From a virus (taxonomy: Duplodnaviria > Caudoviricetes): a stretch of DNA of 44,498 nt. The stretch lies in IMG/VR virus record IMGVR_UViG_3300020379_000574, positions 1 through 44,498 of that record. One strand, written 5' to 3'. The notes under the pieces were generated by a model. That model was given only the letters and a program-made list of their open reading frames with translations. It was not told the DNA's origin and made no database searches. Below are positions 38,801 through 44,497 of the stretch, in pieces (the stretch's first letter is position 1; each line of letters begins with the position of its first letter). The position numbers and the translations under genes are program-made.

Positions 38801-40362
38801 TCACGCTTTGGTGTTTCATACTTCTCTGTAGTTCTAATCGATTCCTTTCTAATAAGACGAAGGATTTTCTGATCTAATACTTTTTCATTAACAGTTGATC
38901 CATCCAAAATCTTATGTGATGGATAACTAGAACTTGCAATATAATAATACTGTTCATCTTCTAGAATAGCAGAAATGTTAGTTGACACTCCATCAAGAGA
39001 AGATGACACTACAGGTAGCGTAGGTACGTTTGGACTAGCACCAGTGTTTAGTAACCATCTTGTAGTGTTTGTACCAGTTTCTACAATTTTAGAATCAGAG
39101 GTCTCAAATCCTGGATTTGAAACTTGAATAGTATCTCCAATTGCAGAATATGGTTGTGCATCAGAAGGTAATAGATTGTATACAATACCAAATGTTAGAA
39201 GAGTAACATTAGTTCCATCTAAAACTACTGGTCTGTATACAGGAGTGTTAATAGCACGAGGTAAAGAGGTTGTTGGTTCTCTTTTCTTGATGATAAACTG
39301 ATCAACTGTCTTATCATCAAACTCAATTGTCTCATCACCAATTAAAACTGATCCTTTAAGATCCCAACCAATAGTTGAGAACACATCAATTCTATCCCCT
39401 GAGATCGCTGTCCCTGACAGGGATTTGCGGAGTTTAGTTTTTGTAGATACACCAAATGTACCATTAACAGTTTCAGGTGCTAATACAATATTGTAAATTT
39501 GTTCATCGTCTGCTGTACCATCAGAAAATATATTATCAACAATAGCATCAGCATAACCATAATCTGCTGTTGGTTTCTGTACAATCTTTGTACCAATCAA
39601 ATCCTTAGGATTACCACTAACAACCTTACACTTAAGTGCATAGATGTTAATCCAATCACTATTAGATGATTTGTATGTAAATTCTCTTGGATTATATGTT
39701 TCTGGAATATCTCTTGATGTATTAGAGACAATAGAATTGAAAACAAATCTAACAGATGAATCAGTTCCCTTAGTTTTGTAGAACTCCCTAATATTCTTGA
39801 TTAAGGTTCTCTTGTCTACATCACCTTTTAAATATTTTTCTGGAAAGGATGAAAGATACTGTGACTCAAAACTCTTAATTAGAGCATAGAGAAACAGGTT
39901 ACTTACGTTATGTACTACAGAACCAGAATTGTGTGGTGCAGAATCAGTAGTAACAAATGTAGATTCCTCATACAAGTCACCCAAAGTCGTGTTACCACTC
40001 ACACCTCTAGAGCAATCGCTTAGGGTAGTGTCAGTTCTTGTAGAGTAAAAAATGATTTCGTCGTTAATTCTAACATAACCATTCTTCTCAGGGAATGAAG
40101 ATGCATCCTGAAGAACGATGGTATCATCGGAATCCGTAATAGTAACATCTAGAATAGTATTCTCTTTGAGCAAGTTTTGCTCATAAAGATTGATATCACT
40201 GTATTCTAGAAGATTGTTGGCAATGTCTAATGGCTGCCCAGAACTTTCTTGTGCTTCGTAATACTTCTCTACGAACTTAGAGAATAGAGGGTATTCATCT
40301 ACAATAAAGCTGGGAATTTGTGACTCAATAAGAGTAGATATTTTCTTGGTTTTGATTGCCAT
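29863..40362 (-). CDS. gp7: Baseplate wedge initiator gp7-like giant protein (3499 aa)
   Basis: Lies between gp6 and gp8. N-terminal ISTLIESQIP.FI..EYPLF..F...YY and LIKNIREFYKTKGT. The gp7 hallmark YQDYSYVIKS....QWRDLIK...HPAGFKLFG lies at about 34840-34950. Confidence 0.82.
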   Translation of the reverse strand: MAIKTKKISTLIESQIPSFIVDEYPLFSKFVEKYYEAQESSGQPLDIANNLLEYSDINLYEQNLLKENTILDVTITDSDDTIVLQDASSFPEKNGYVRINDEIIFYSTRTDTTLSDCSRGVSGNTTLGDLYEESTFVTTDSAPHNSGSVVHNVSNLFLYALIKSFESQYLSSFPEKYLKGDVDKRTLIKNIREFYKTKGTDSSVRFVFNSIVSNTSRDIPETYNPREFTYKSSNSDWINIYALKCKVVSGNPKDLIGTKIVQKPTADYGYADAIVDNIFSDGTADDEQIYNIVLAPETVNGTFGVSTKTKLRKSLSGTAISGDRIDVFSTIGWDLKGSVLIGDETIEFDDKTVDQFIIKKREPTTSLPRAINTPVYRPVVLDGTNVTLLTFGIVYNLLPSDAQPYSAIGDTIQVSNPGFETSDSKIVETGTNTTRWLLNTGASPNVPTLPVVSSSLDGVSTNISAILEDEQYYYIASSSYPSHKILDGSTVNEKVLDQKILRLIRKESIRTTEKYETPKRDVGIALNGVPFYGYKDPESVRYGKLEEIKINTRGTGYSKPPFVLIDQVPNKARAILAGQVVESIVVDTNDVFPRTPDITITSGRNADVSAVVTGGKVTSLVINNSGEFYSAAPLIVIRDAAGRGRFAEYLSTVNTDGEITGFEMVSEGNFYSQDTVVVDVIPVGNGAEGIPLLKEWNFNRFEKLRNELDTENGYIFQNYNPSDLEYGYGYAANPKALRVDLNDNINNAGSEPSIKIHSPIIGFAYDGNPIYGPFGYEDPLDSTSSIERMTSGYAINGARSEGPSLTKYPLGSFVNDYTYTHKSGTLDENNGRFCITPDFPKGTYAYFLTIDSDQVPQFPYTLGENFYSLPVDSNYNSNISQNDIPKNSKRFYQNGMQRNGEGFVAQIAEVQQGNVEAVKVEGTSPNFSINSQVRFDNKGTEGSEVEAIVNSVTGQSVNYLESKEDKVVRLTTIQNAYLFADDTLNQPSSGASGSIVGTVKNDNTIVLRNVNGTFDETGTFSATIKTFTMLLDQRSNYTKGAILSLTDGVNAPIATGEILEGTSSQNVVVIKVLTGTWVVNDDYFLQSSNLFNTSGTKLVRITSLSDNLEPFDVNQSVALIETTAPHGLGVGDRVTVDINPNDVTKTKDYYVRKRLYQQAVLVPPKNKSTINSTGIGRYEILNGGADYTTGTYTSVDLTGGSGSGATATFTVSDAGVISNIQLQDTGSGYARGDYLSVADEDLVRSGASVSTARLTLYVGHVGVPAGGTRVTVDSVLGFAAGDLVKIGNEIVEIESITGNDLLVSRGKEGTEDVDHFDGQEVELYKPTYNFTDNYKIFDGSNSGYIQSYDRDTQTIKIVYDYGTLKSTASKVVLSSTFFDSSTPQRLVSINTATEIEYKFEFSTDNTNFTANPNIDLQEFYKYKFDTSHSSLTGTYFDISPSNNYNLITVEKVESLILPGNPGSFTDVKFGFGSRLSDNNYQTKVGTDFTNFYYFDKKNVVLSDGAYFKIVTDPLQGVKEVNYVTPNRFVYDVSSDPLWDGSGTISYTTTGQFAIGKINTVGIVNLGLNYKKVPVIVGADPTTSYRATAKVVFDEDSQVITGVEVTNKGKNYSNPKVFVLDADGADAIFKVLVRNGEVSFITVESTGKGYTYAPEIIIVEGDVDAYVESTSIGVPRSVNITTNGGAFHLDKTVASTFNSNYIAALTNFNGDFRIGEEVIQKIDNNIVFKATVAEWRLGSNLIKLKNTTGTIREGINIQSSLTTITGNVKSVFVSTFSEEINSFYDNLGYYSSDRGKLGVSNQKITDSFFYQDYSYVIKSQTSIEQWRDLIKSTTHPAGFKLFGQVDVEGTASSEMPIEMPKSSHYSVIQLWDPEKNKITSDIKQRVVTQSIQKVENTRINKAVGTAAPSEFLFNEVRAFEFTLAAPFDGYYDTNGRLQGTTTFQIISDLGVPFFPSSDKGLIVTLDGILQEPGVSYTINNDTIVFSAPPLGDGTKNGSAYKGVTFYGKVFQFKDNQYNTKHLRKLKNIFQRSGTWIDAANQIERNAEFIINETIGYGKATYPTLDWATKQDDYERNIRAILDAYDHDIRFGGNIKTVNYTSIFNQDDDYLYIQNNKTQSTNIFAYASRLAKLAIRNWDYIDVGVSYIQGSKTINVSSTENVAVGMFVSSGRSYPEGTKIVSIDSATQLTLSNSALANSGGGGGVPDGITDISGTAAAGNTTLPTNTGRVVDGETYDIPDGSTLYVATSFSGSDQASFSWSGLSKGMFYKGGELIALNKTDIITQSLAWAQAQYPSLNWGTIETKCGRDLGLIIDAYVYHLQFGGNERIVEAARLYFKKEQYPYGETLSYVSDTLTETLATFAYARNLMITAMKNQGAVTDPDVLVDSVSPVCAEVESALQTFHSILDSVLSGGPGLVSITKENPNKRGNWTPTLTYSNYNIIFDPLLPAQECVTVVSAIDSLYDNLDDVLKEESVTKALPDYVDGETKEFELYWDDGSEVNTEEDEDLFLTINAVLQRPKYTESYPGEDSYFIDRTVIPNLIKFDVAPIWDQDLGAKTIGEPSAVEKVVGIGVGNYKRLTIDYNLVDGVKNGPFLILDVEDYTVQGIEAHDALYVFLDGVLQRKGYSYSVAGPNITFNVPIKKEMKVDIRYLYGRDVGQVLNIYDYAPDTYFTQGVFTFDSTPTILDAYFKYTWMGDSIGSTIHVWQQRANGTYNVIGELSNPFKSGNTVTYNLKSQNAVIESGLDFTFAVKGRYSRNYTIADSDISNVGITFTKDEVGRKLLRDDNALWFGTFFRKTYKNPFVYLTKGDKIRVEGEEGFREIKQLPEEAISKEGRTGKPTTNDIFGNVKIESYTGVTRGEGLSVVATIDGNGSITKLTWNQRSYDPITQPTAYQYFTPPVLKFEPVDGNGGGAKANVLVGRKGEVLSVDLLDGGSGYTTAPKVITTRRFDILSERGVGVSLINLRVNPVIETSGMTAISTIQILGNRLVDAFSFSSIDLLSPKDISKKIEAEIQTGVTNILDGSSDGTMPVGDQLISPNESADIVYIEPEPVQVDGQGGVLRLQGSETIVKAEVQDIISANTISSVTKVITATTQIDIPNNAISNINYFENAAYLDLDFNIGDSIAYIPDTSKFYGTGLLLVGDEVVSYARKLNDRFLYITRARKGTTEQNWTAGTFLRQIPELVSVAPVGIAKIESESQLVAVSVGAEATGRTEKKSQYQVAVENQIDVIHSATVITAEVQPEVISTLLTSFVTESISTIPFESVSSVYNIHYIASPVDVHLQVITSKFEITKTSLEVLLVTPPSGIIDGYVETVYFTNPIETRNNGFVTLLEQTVTQRNSNVVEVVNAVLGQDTGYIGEYTPGNIGHTISHFEGMFDDGSAGVSGLSLENIDTYFPSLTLRDFTDRSNSSFTISGDRFNLMPPSIQDPVAISSSTGTISGNVVVQSTTYFRDEGYLFTSGGTVIKYTGKTQTEFTGCTVYSGPTSITAADVLVPYTI

Positions 40363-40366
40363 CTAA

Positions 40367-42163
40367 TTACTCTTTGTATGCAATGAAGGATGAACTTGCT
40401 ACATCAACATCTAGATACACCTCGCGAGATGCTTTGATGTCGTTTGACGCTGGTTTTACTCTAATTGAAATACGGTTGTCGAAGAATGATCCTTTAATGA
40501 TCGTCAAATTATGCATTATGGTCTCGCCTTTTGCATAATCAATCATACCAACTTCCTTGTCGAGGACAACTTTTTCTCCAGTTAAAGCATCTAGTCTATA
40601 TAGGACGATTTTGCCATCATTATCTTCCAAGTACACATCAAAATTAGGGTATTCGGTAACTCTAAATGCGGTACTCGTTAATACAGGATCGTCACAATCC
40701 TTATCAAATTGATTTTGGAAACAAATCTCGTAGTATGTGGTAGAATTTAACTGTGGATAGAAATCTTTTCTCATCATCACAGAAGTTAGGTTTGATGTAA
40801 TTGCCTTAGAAGAGTCATCAATAACACCTACTGCTTTACTATGCCTAAACTTACCATTAAACTTCTCTGTCTCACTTCTCTCAATATAAGATTGCAAAGT
40901 ATTGATTGCCTTTGACTGAATCTGTGCAGGTGTCTCATCTGTCTTACTACCATCATAAAATATTTTACTATTCAACTCAACATATAGAATAGATGGATCA
41001 ATAAGAACAGGTTCTACAGATGCAACACTAAACTTCTTCAATTCATCAACAACATTCTTTTTTGTTAATGATGTTAGATATGCTGCATCTCTTGGTTTAA
41101 CAGAAATGAATACTTTACCATATTCTGGTGGATCTTGCTCTTCACCACCAAATACAATGATATCACCAATCGCAGGATAAATGTTACGGACAATAGCAGC
41201 ATAATCAGATGCAACCACTGCTCTATTTTGTGTTCCAAACGTTTTAGGTGCAGCAAACTTAACTTCTTGTATAGATTCTGTTTCCTCACCACCAGCTGCA
41301 GTGACTGTAGATAGGATCTTAGTGTCAAATGCATTAGGAGAGATGCCTGAGGGGTTCTCTAAGACGCCTGAAAAGACAAACGTTCTAATCCCATTCGCTT
41401 CTGGTCCATTCGTTGTGATGTACTTTGCAACCACAGTTGCTTGATCTTCTAATTTCTTACCAATGACACCATCACCAAAGATTATCTCATATCTTTGATC
41501 ATCAATCTCATTAAGGAAGAATACTTTTGAATCTCCTGTAATATCTAAAATGTTATCTGCTAACAGATAAGGTTCAGTTACACTCGTTCCATCAATAGAC
41601 ACTTCGACCTTAATTGTCGATGCATCAATACCTCTGTTGTCTAATACGAACCTTTGTGTCTTATTTGTGGTGTTAACTGTAAATGTATTAGTAAGGTATG
41701 TTCCTTCTCTCACTAATACGTTATTAAATGTTGCAACATCGTTAACAACCTGTGCTGTAACGTTACTTGGTGTTACAAATTGATAAATTTTGTTATTAAA
41801 TGACGCAACAAACCCTGTACCTTCCTTTAAAATTACTTCGGTGTCTGAGGTTGGGTTTGTATAATCTACCTGAAGTGATACGTATGCAGTAGGAGAGGTA
41901 GAAGACCTAGGTCTATATCCTAACTGCCTTGCAATGGATACTACGTTGTCTCTTAACGTAGCAGAATCAATGAATAACTCATTGACTGCCATATTAGTGT
42001 TAAACGCCGTGTAGTACGTGTTATATGCTAATACGTCTAATAGATTACTAAGGACTGAACCCTCGAAGTCATAGTCAGTAAAATCTGACTGCGATCTCAT
42101 GTACTCCTTGAGAACCGTCTTGATATCCTTAAAATCGAGATTTGATATTTGTGCGTATGGCAT
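40367..42163 (-). CDS. gp6: Baseplate wedge subunit gp6
   Basis: LDF..IK..LK.Y...QSDFTDYDFEGS.LS.LLDVLAYNTYY...N...NE.FIDSATLR..VVS.A..LGY.P, also FGDGVIG and QNRAV..SDY. Confidence 0.95.
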   Translation of the reverse strand: MPYAQISNLDFKDIKTVLKEYMRSQSDFTDYDFEGSVLSNLLDVLAYNTYYTAFNTNMAVNELFIDSATLRDNVVSIARQLGYRPRSSTSPTAYVSLQVDYTNPTSDTEVILKEGTGFVASFNNKIYQFVTPSNVTAQVVNDVATFNNVLVREGTYLTNTFTVNTTNKTQRFVLDNRGIDASTIKVEVSIDGTSVTEPYLLADNILDITGDSKVFFLNEIDDQRYEIIFGDGVIGKKLEDQATVVAKYITTNGPEANGIRTFVFSGVLENPSGISPNAFDTKILSTVTAAGGEETESIQEVKFAAPKTFGTQNRAVVASDYAAIVRNIYPAIGDIIVFGGEEQDPPEYGKVFISVKPRDAAYLTSLTKKNVVDELKKFSVASVEPVLIDPSILYVELNSKIFYDGSKTDETPAQIQSKAINTLQSYIERSETEKFNGKFRHSKAVGVIDDSSKAITSNLTSVMMRKDFYPQLNSTTYYEICFQNQFDKDCDDPVLTSTAFRVTEYPNFDVYLEDNDGKIVLYRLDALTGEKVVLDKEVGMIDYAKGETIMHNLTIIKGSFFDNRISIRVKPASNDIKASREVYLDVDVASSSFIAYKE

Positions 42164-42556
42164 TTATCGGGTTCTCTCTAATACAAAGTTGATCTGCTGC
42201 GGTGCATCGTCTCTGCCAGTTATCGCAAAGTGAACCTCTACATTAAAACCATCCCGACGAATATCAGGTGTACAAATAACATCTAGTACTTCAATTCTAG
42301 GTTCATACTCGTTAAGAACGTTACTAACCTCTGTTTGAATAATTGCAGCACTAGCATAGTCAAGAGGTTCAAATAACATATCTGTAATTGAACTACCCAA
42401 CTCTGGATTGAATAATCTCTCATTCTTCTGGGTAAGCAGAAGATTCATAATTGATTGTTTAATTGCAGCCTTATCCTTGACCGACAATAAATCATCGGTC
42501 ATAGGATGTTTCTTAAACGTGACGCTTAAATCCTTAAACGTCTTGAAGGTCTGCAT
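42164..42556 (-). CDS. gp25: Baseplate wedge subunit / sheath initiator gp25
   Basis: FKDLS..F..HP.T.D......AIKQSI.NL..T...ER.FNP..GS...LFEP and YEPRI. Its stop abuts the gp6 ATG (TAAATG). Confidence 0.93.
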   Translation of the reverse strand: MQTFKTFKDLSVTFKKHPMTDDLLSVKDKAAIKQSIMNLLLTQKNERLFNPELGSSITDMLFEPLDYASAAIIQTEVSNVLNEYEPRIEVLDVICTPDIRRDGFNVEVHFAITGRDDAPQQINFVLERTR

Positions 42557-42580
42557 TACAGAAAGATACGAAGCTATTTG

Positions 42581-42588
42581 TATTTATT
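42581..42588 (-). promoter_or_regulatory. T4-type late promoter AATAAATA upstream of gp25
   Basis: Overlaps the TGA of the upstream ORF, about 24 nt before the gp25 ATG. Confidence 0.6.
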
Positions 42589-42758
42589 CACTTACCGCAA
42601 AATCCGTCTGCCCATTCCTCTTCGTTATCAAATAACTCACCTTCTTCTACATTTTTTCGCCGCCCGTTTCGGCGCAGGTATTTGTCACTTTCCACCTCGG
42701 TGATAAGGGTCTTTCCCCCTTTGACAAATTGCTCTGATTTATCTACTCGTCCCACCAT
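42588..42758 (-). CDS. Small hypothetical protein (about 56 aa)
   Basis: An AGGAG Shine-Dalgarno (42765-42769) precedes the ATG at 42756-42758, so this start is preferred over 42776. Sequence begins RVDKSEQFVKGGKTLITE. Confidence 0.7.
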   Translation of the reverse strand: MVGRVDKSEQFVKGGKTLITEVESDKYLRRNGRRKNVEEGELFDNEEEWADGFCGK

Positions 42759-42778
42759 AGTATTCTCCTTGGACATAT

Positions 42779-43006
42779 CTATTTAATCAAATCCTTAAGT
42801 GCTTGTCGTGCCTCTGAAACATCTTTCAAAGGACTTGGGAAGGGAATCTCTATAGTTATCTCTATTGACTCAGAAGACAGTTTAGTCATCTTTGCAGATT
42901 TAACATGATCCCTTACGTAAGATTCAACTGTATCCATATGATCTTCATTCATATGCTTACAAATCCTCTCACTTACCTCTGGAGTGAATCGCCATTCGCT
43001 ATTCAC
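42779..43006 (-). CDS. DUF2470 / DRI-domain protein (75 aa), cyanobacterial type
   Basis: TPEVSERICKHMNEDH matches the DUF2470 signature (RIxxHMNxDH). C-terminal IPF..PL....EAR..L..L also fits. The GTG start overlaps the upstream TGA (GTGA). Confidence 0.8.
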   Translation of the reverse strand: MNSEWRFTPEVSERICKHMNEDHMDTVESYVRDHVKSAKMTKLSSESIEITIEIPFPSPLKDVSEARQALKDLIK

Positions 43007-43149
43007 CTGCCCTGTCCTCTATATCTCTTCTTTGCTCCATTACGAGAAGTAGCAGCATACTTTGAATGCTTCCCCATACCCTGACGAGTTTTCTTGGGAA
43101 TTGCTTCAACGAAGTTCTGCCCTGTCAGTGATGCTTTTGCTTTTGCCAT
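43003..43149 (-). CDS. Small highly basic protein (48 aa), missed by the ORF track
   Basis: Manual translation gives MAKAKASLTGQNFVEAIPKKTRQGMGKHSKYAATSRNGAKKRYRGQGR*. It fills the gap between neighbours, and its stop overlaps the next start. Confidence 0.82.
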   Translation of the reverse strand: MAKAKASLTGQNFVEAIPKKTRQGMGKHSKYAATSRNGAKKRYRGQGR

Positions 43150-43159
43150 AGTTTAAAAT

Positions 43160-43525
43160 TTATAAGTTTGAACCAATTACTATTGTAGGATGTTGGAACG
43201 GTGCTGTCAAGGGCCTAAGTGAACCAAATGGTAATGATGCACTATCCCCACTGACCGCAGGTAACTTGCCATTGATAAGTACAGTTTTATTGACCTTCGG
43301 TTCAATTATTCTTGTACCAATCTGGCAAGGTGCTGGAATTAATGGGTTGATCTTCACACCACTTACAAGGGACACGAAAGTCAAACTATGATAAAACTGT
43401 AAGGGAGCACCTCCAATGACCACTGTCGAGGGCGTTGGTGCACCTCCCAAAGGCGTCGGGGGGTATATACAGTTTGCGTCCTGACTTACAGTGTCAAGTG
43501 TTGAGGGTCCTGCTAAGAAAGGCAT
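43160..43525 (-). CDS. Divergent PAAR-like baseplate spike-tip protein (gp5.4-like)
   Basis: KTVLINGKLPAVSGD resembles the PAAR repeat (TVxING.PAAR.GD), with weaker repeats STVVIGG and PTIVIG. Size and position upstream of gp25/gp6 fit. Confidence 0.6.
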   Translation of the reverse strand: MPFLAGPSTLDTVSQDANCIYPPTPLGGAPTPSTVVIGGAPLQFYHSLTFVSLVSGVKINPLIPAPCQIGTRIIEPKVNKTVLINGKLPAVSGDSASLPFGSLRPLTAPFQHPTIVIGSNL

Positions 43526-43526
43526 G

Positions 43527-43757
43527 TTAAATTCCTTTTGCGACTTTTACTAAATCTCCTTTGATTCCTTCGACGTTATTGTGAAGATAATCTAAGGTCT
43601 GAGAAATTGTCTCATACTCCTCAGAGTGTGGACGGCGGTACATCAAGGTGGGTTGCTCTAGTTGGGAGATCCGTTGGTCCAGGCTCGTCAACCTCTCTGA
43701 CAACCAGAGGAGTGTCCTCTCCTGCTCGTTCAACTTCTGCTGTAACTCTTCCATCAT
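43527..43757 (-). CDS. Coiled-coil hypothetical protein (76 aa)
   Basis: A strong GAGGAG Shine-Dalgarno lies just upstream. The sequence is helical with heptad character. Its stop is 1 nt from the PAAR-like start. Confidence 0.78.
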   Translation of the reverse strand: MMEELQQKLNEQERTLLWLSERLTSLDQRISQLEQPTLMYRRPHSEEYETISQTLDYLHNNVEGIKGDLVKVAKGI

Positions 43758-43869
43758 TTTGATCTCCTCTCATGAATGCATTGGACGCACGACTTTCAAA
43801 ATCATCACAGAACTCGTCGAAGTTTGCAAGGATTCTATCGTAGTCACTATAATCGACTTTTTGGGGCAT
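43621..43869 (-). CDS. Acidic hypothetical protein (82 aa), overlapping the next gene by 137 nt
   Basis: First ATG downstream of the late promoter at 43927-43934, with AGGA upstream. Amphipathic acidic N-terminus YDRILANFDEFCDDFESRA. Confidence 0.65.
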   Translation of the reverse strand: MPQKVDYSDYDRILANFDEFCDDFESRASNAFMRGDQNDGRVTAEVERAGEDTPLVVREVDEPGPTDLPTRATHLDVPPSTL

Positions 43870-43926
43870 TTTTTCCTGGGAAAAATTTTTTGGATTTCAA
43901 GGTTTTGAAAAATCCATTTTCAAATA

Positions 43927-43934
43927 TATTTATC
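43927..43934 (-). promoter_or_regulatory. T4-type late promoter GATAAATA opening the structural module
   Basis: NATAAATA box downstream of the terminator and upstream of the first late ORF. Confidence 0.6.
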
Positions 43935-43988
43935 TGTCGTCTGGATACTTTTGTAGGTTAGGGAACGCTTAGGAGTCCCGCCCCGCAT

Positions 43989-44013
43989 AAAAAGGGGGCA
44001 TTTAACTGCCCCC
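43989..44013 (-). terminator. Rho-independent terminator ending the early-type region
   Basis: Minus strand reads GGGGGCA-GTTAAA-TGCCCCC-TTTTT: a 7-bp GC-rich stem plus U5. Confidence 0.88.
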
Positions 44014-44098
44014 GTGTCATGTGTAGTAGTCAAGGTTAGGACTTACAGGACGTAATTTCTCAACTGAATTGAGACAATCATAGATCCCTGCCCAAGTG

Positions 44099-44356
44099 CT
44101 AGAGATCCTCTAGCATTTCATCCATCTCAACTGCGTTGATCTTTGGATCATTCCATTTCACGCCGTCGCCTGACTGATCGAATCCAAGACCTGCGAAGAT
44201 CTCAAGTAGATGCTCCCAATCAAGTGCCTTGCGTGCAATTTCATAAAGACCCTGATCATTTCCTATCCATAGTGCTGCATTCCAGGTCTCATAGTTTGTC
44301 CAACCGTTGTAGTCAGAATCTGGTGAGAATAGGTCTGCTTGATAGGTTGCGGTCAT
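44099..44356 (-). CDS. Phage hypothetical protein with YNGWTNYETW motif (85 aa), probably early
   Basis: YNGWTNYETWNAALWIGND.GLY is a recognisable small phage-protein motif. AAGGA Shine-Dalgarno and a sigma70-like promoter lie upstream. Confidence 0.82.
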   Translation of the reverse strand: MTATYQADLFSPDSDYNGWTNYETWNAALWIGNDQGLYEIARKALDWEHLLEIFAGLGFDQSGDGVKWNDPKINAVEMDEMLEDL

Positions 44357-44386
44357 GGGTTGAAGTCCTTTGAATGTGATGTACTT

Positions 44387-44422
44387 ATTATAATGGATCA
44401 GCGACTAATGTCTGTCGCTGAT
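44387..44422 (-). promoter_or_regulatory. Sigma70-like early promoter with a palindrome around the -35 region
   Basis: Perfect -10 TATAAT at 44387-44392. A weak -35 (CAGACA) lies 16 nt upstream, inside a 9-bp inverted repeat ATCAGCGAC / GTCGCTGAT. Confidence 0.6.
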
Positions 44423-44497
44423 GTTCCAGTATCCGAAGTGTCCACTGGGGTGCTTTAGGTCTTCCCAGTTTCTTTCTTCCATTGCTGCGAACATGGC
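44405..44497 (-). CDS. 3' end of a small hypothetical protein entering from beyond the window
   Basis: An open frame from the window edge reads ...AMFAAMEERNWEDLKHPSGHFGYWNISDRH* with TAG at 44405-44407. Confidence 0.6.
   Translation of the reverse strand, partial: AMFAAMEERNWEDLKHPSGHFGYWNISDRH

Noticed and set aside
1264-41334. Short minus-strand alternative-frame ORFs inside large genes (e.g. 1264-1455, 6513-6842, 21054-21236, 41074-41334)
   Set aside because: They are Leu/Val-rich off-frame by-products of NNT/NNA codon bias, with no independent translation signals seen.
614-44373. Numerous plus-strand ORFs of 60-120 aa in the ORF track
   Set aside because: All lie antisense to credible minus-strand genes, have shadow-like composition (Val/Pro/Ser/Leu-rich or Cys/Ile-rich), and show no evident RBS or promoter support.
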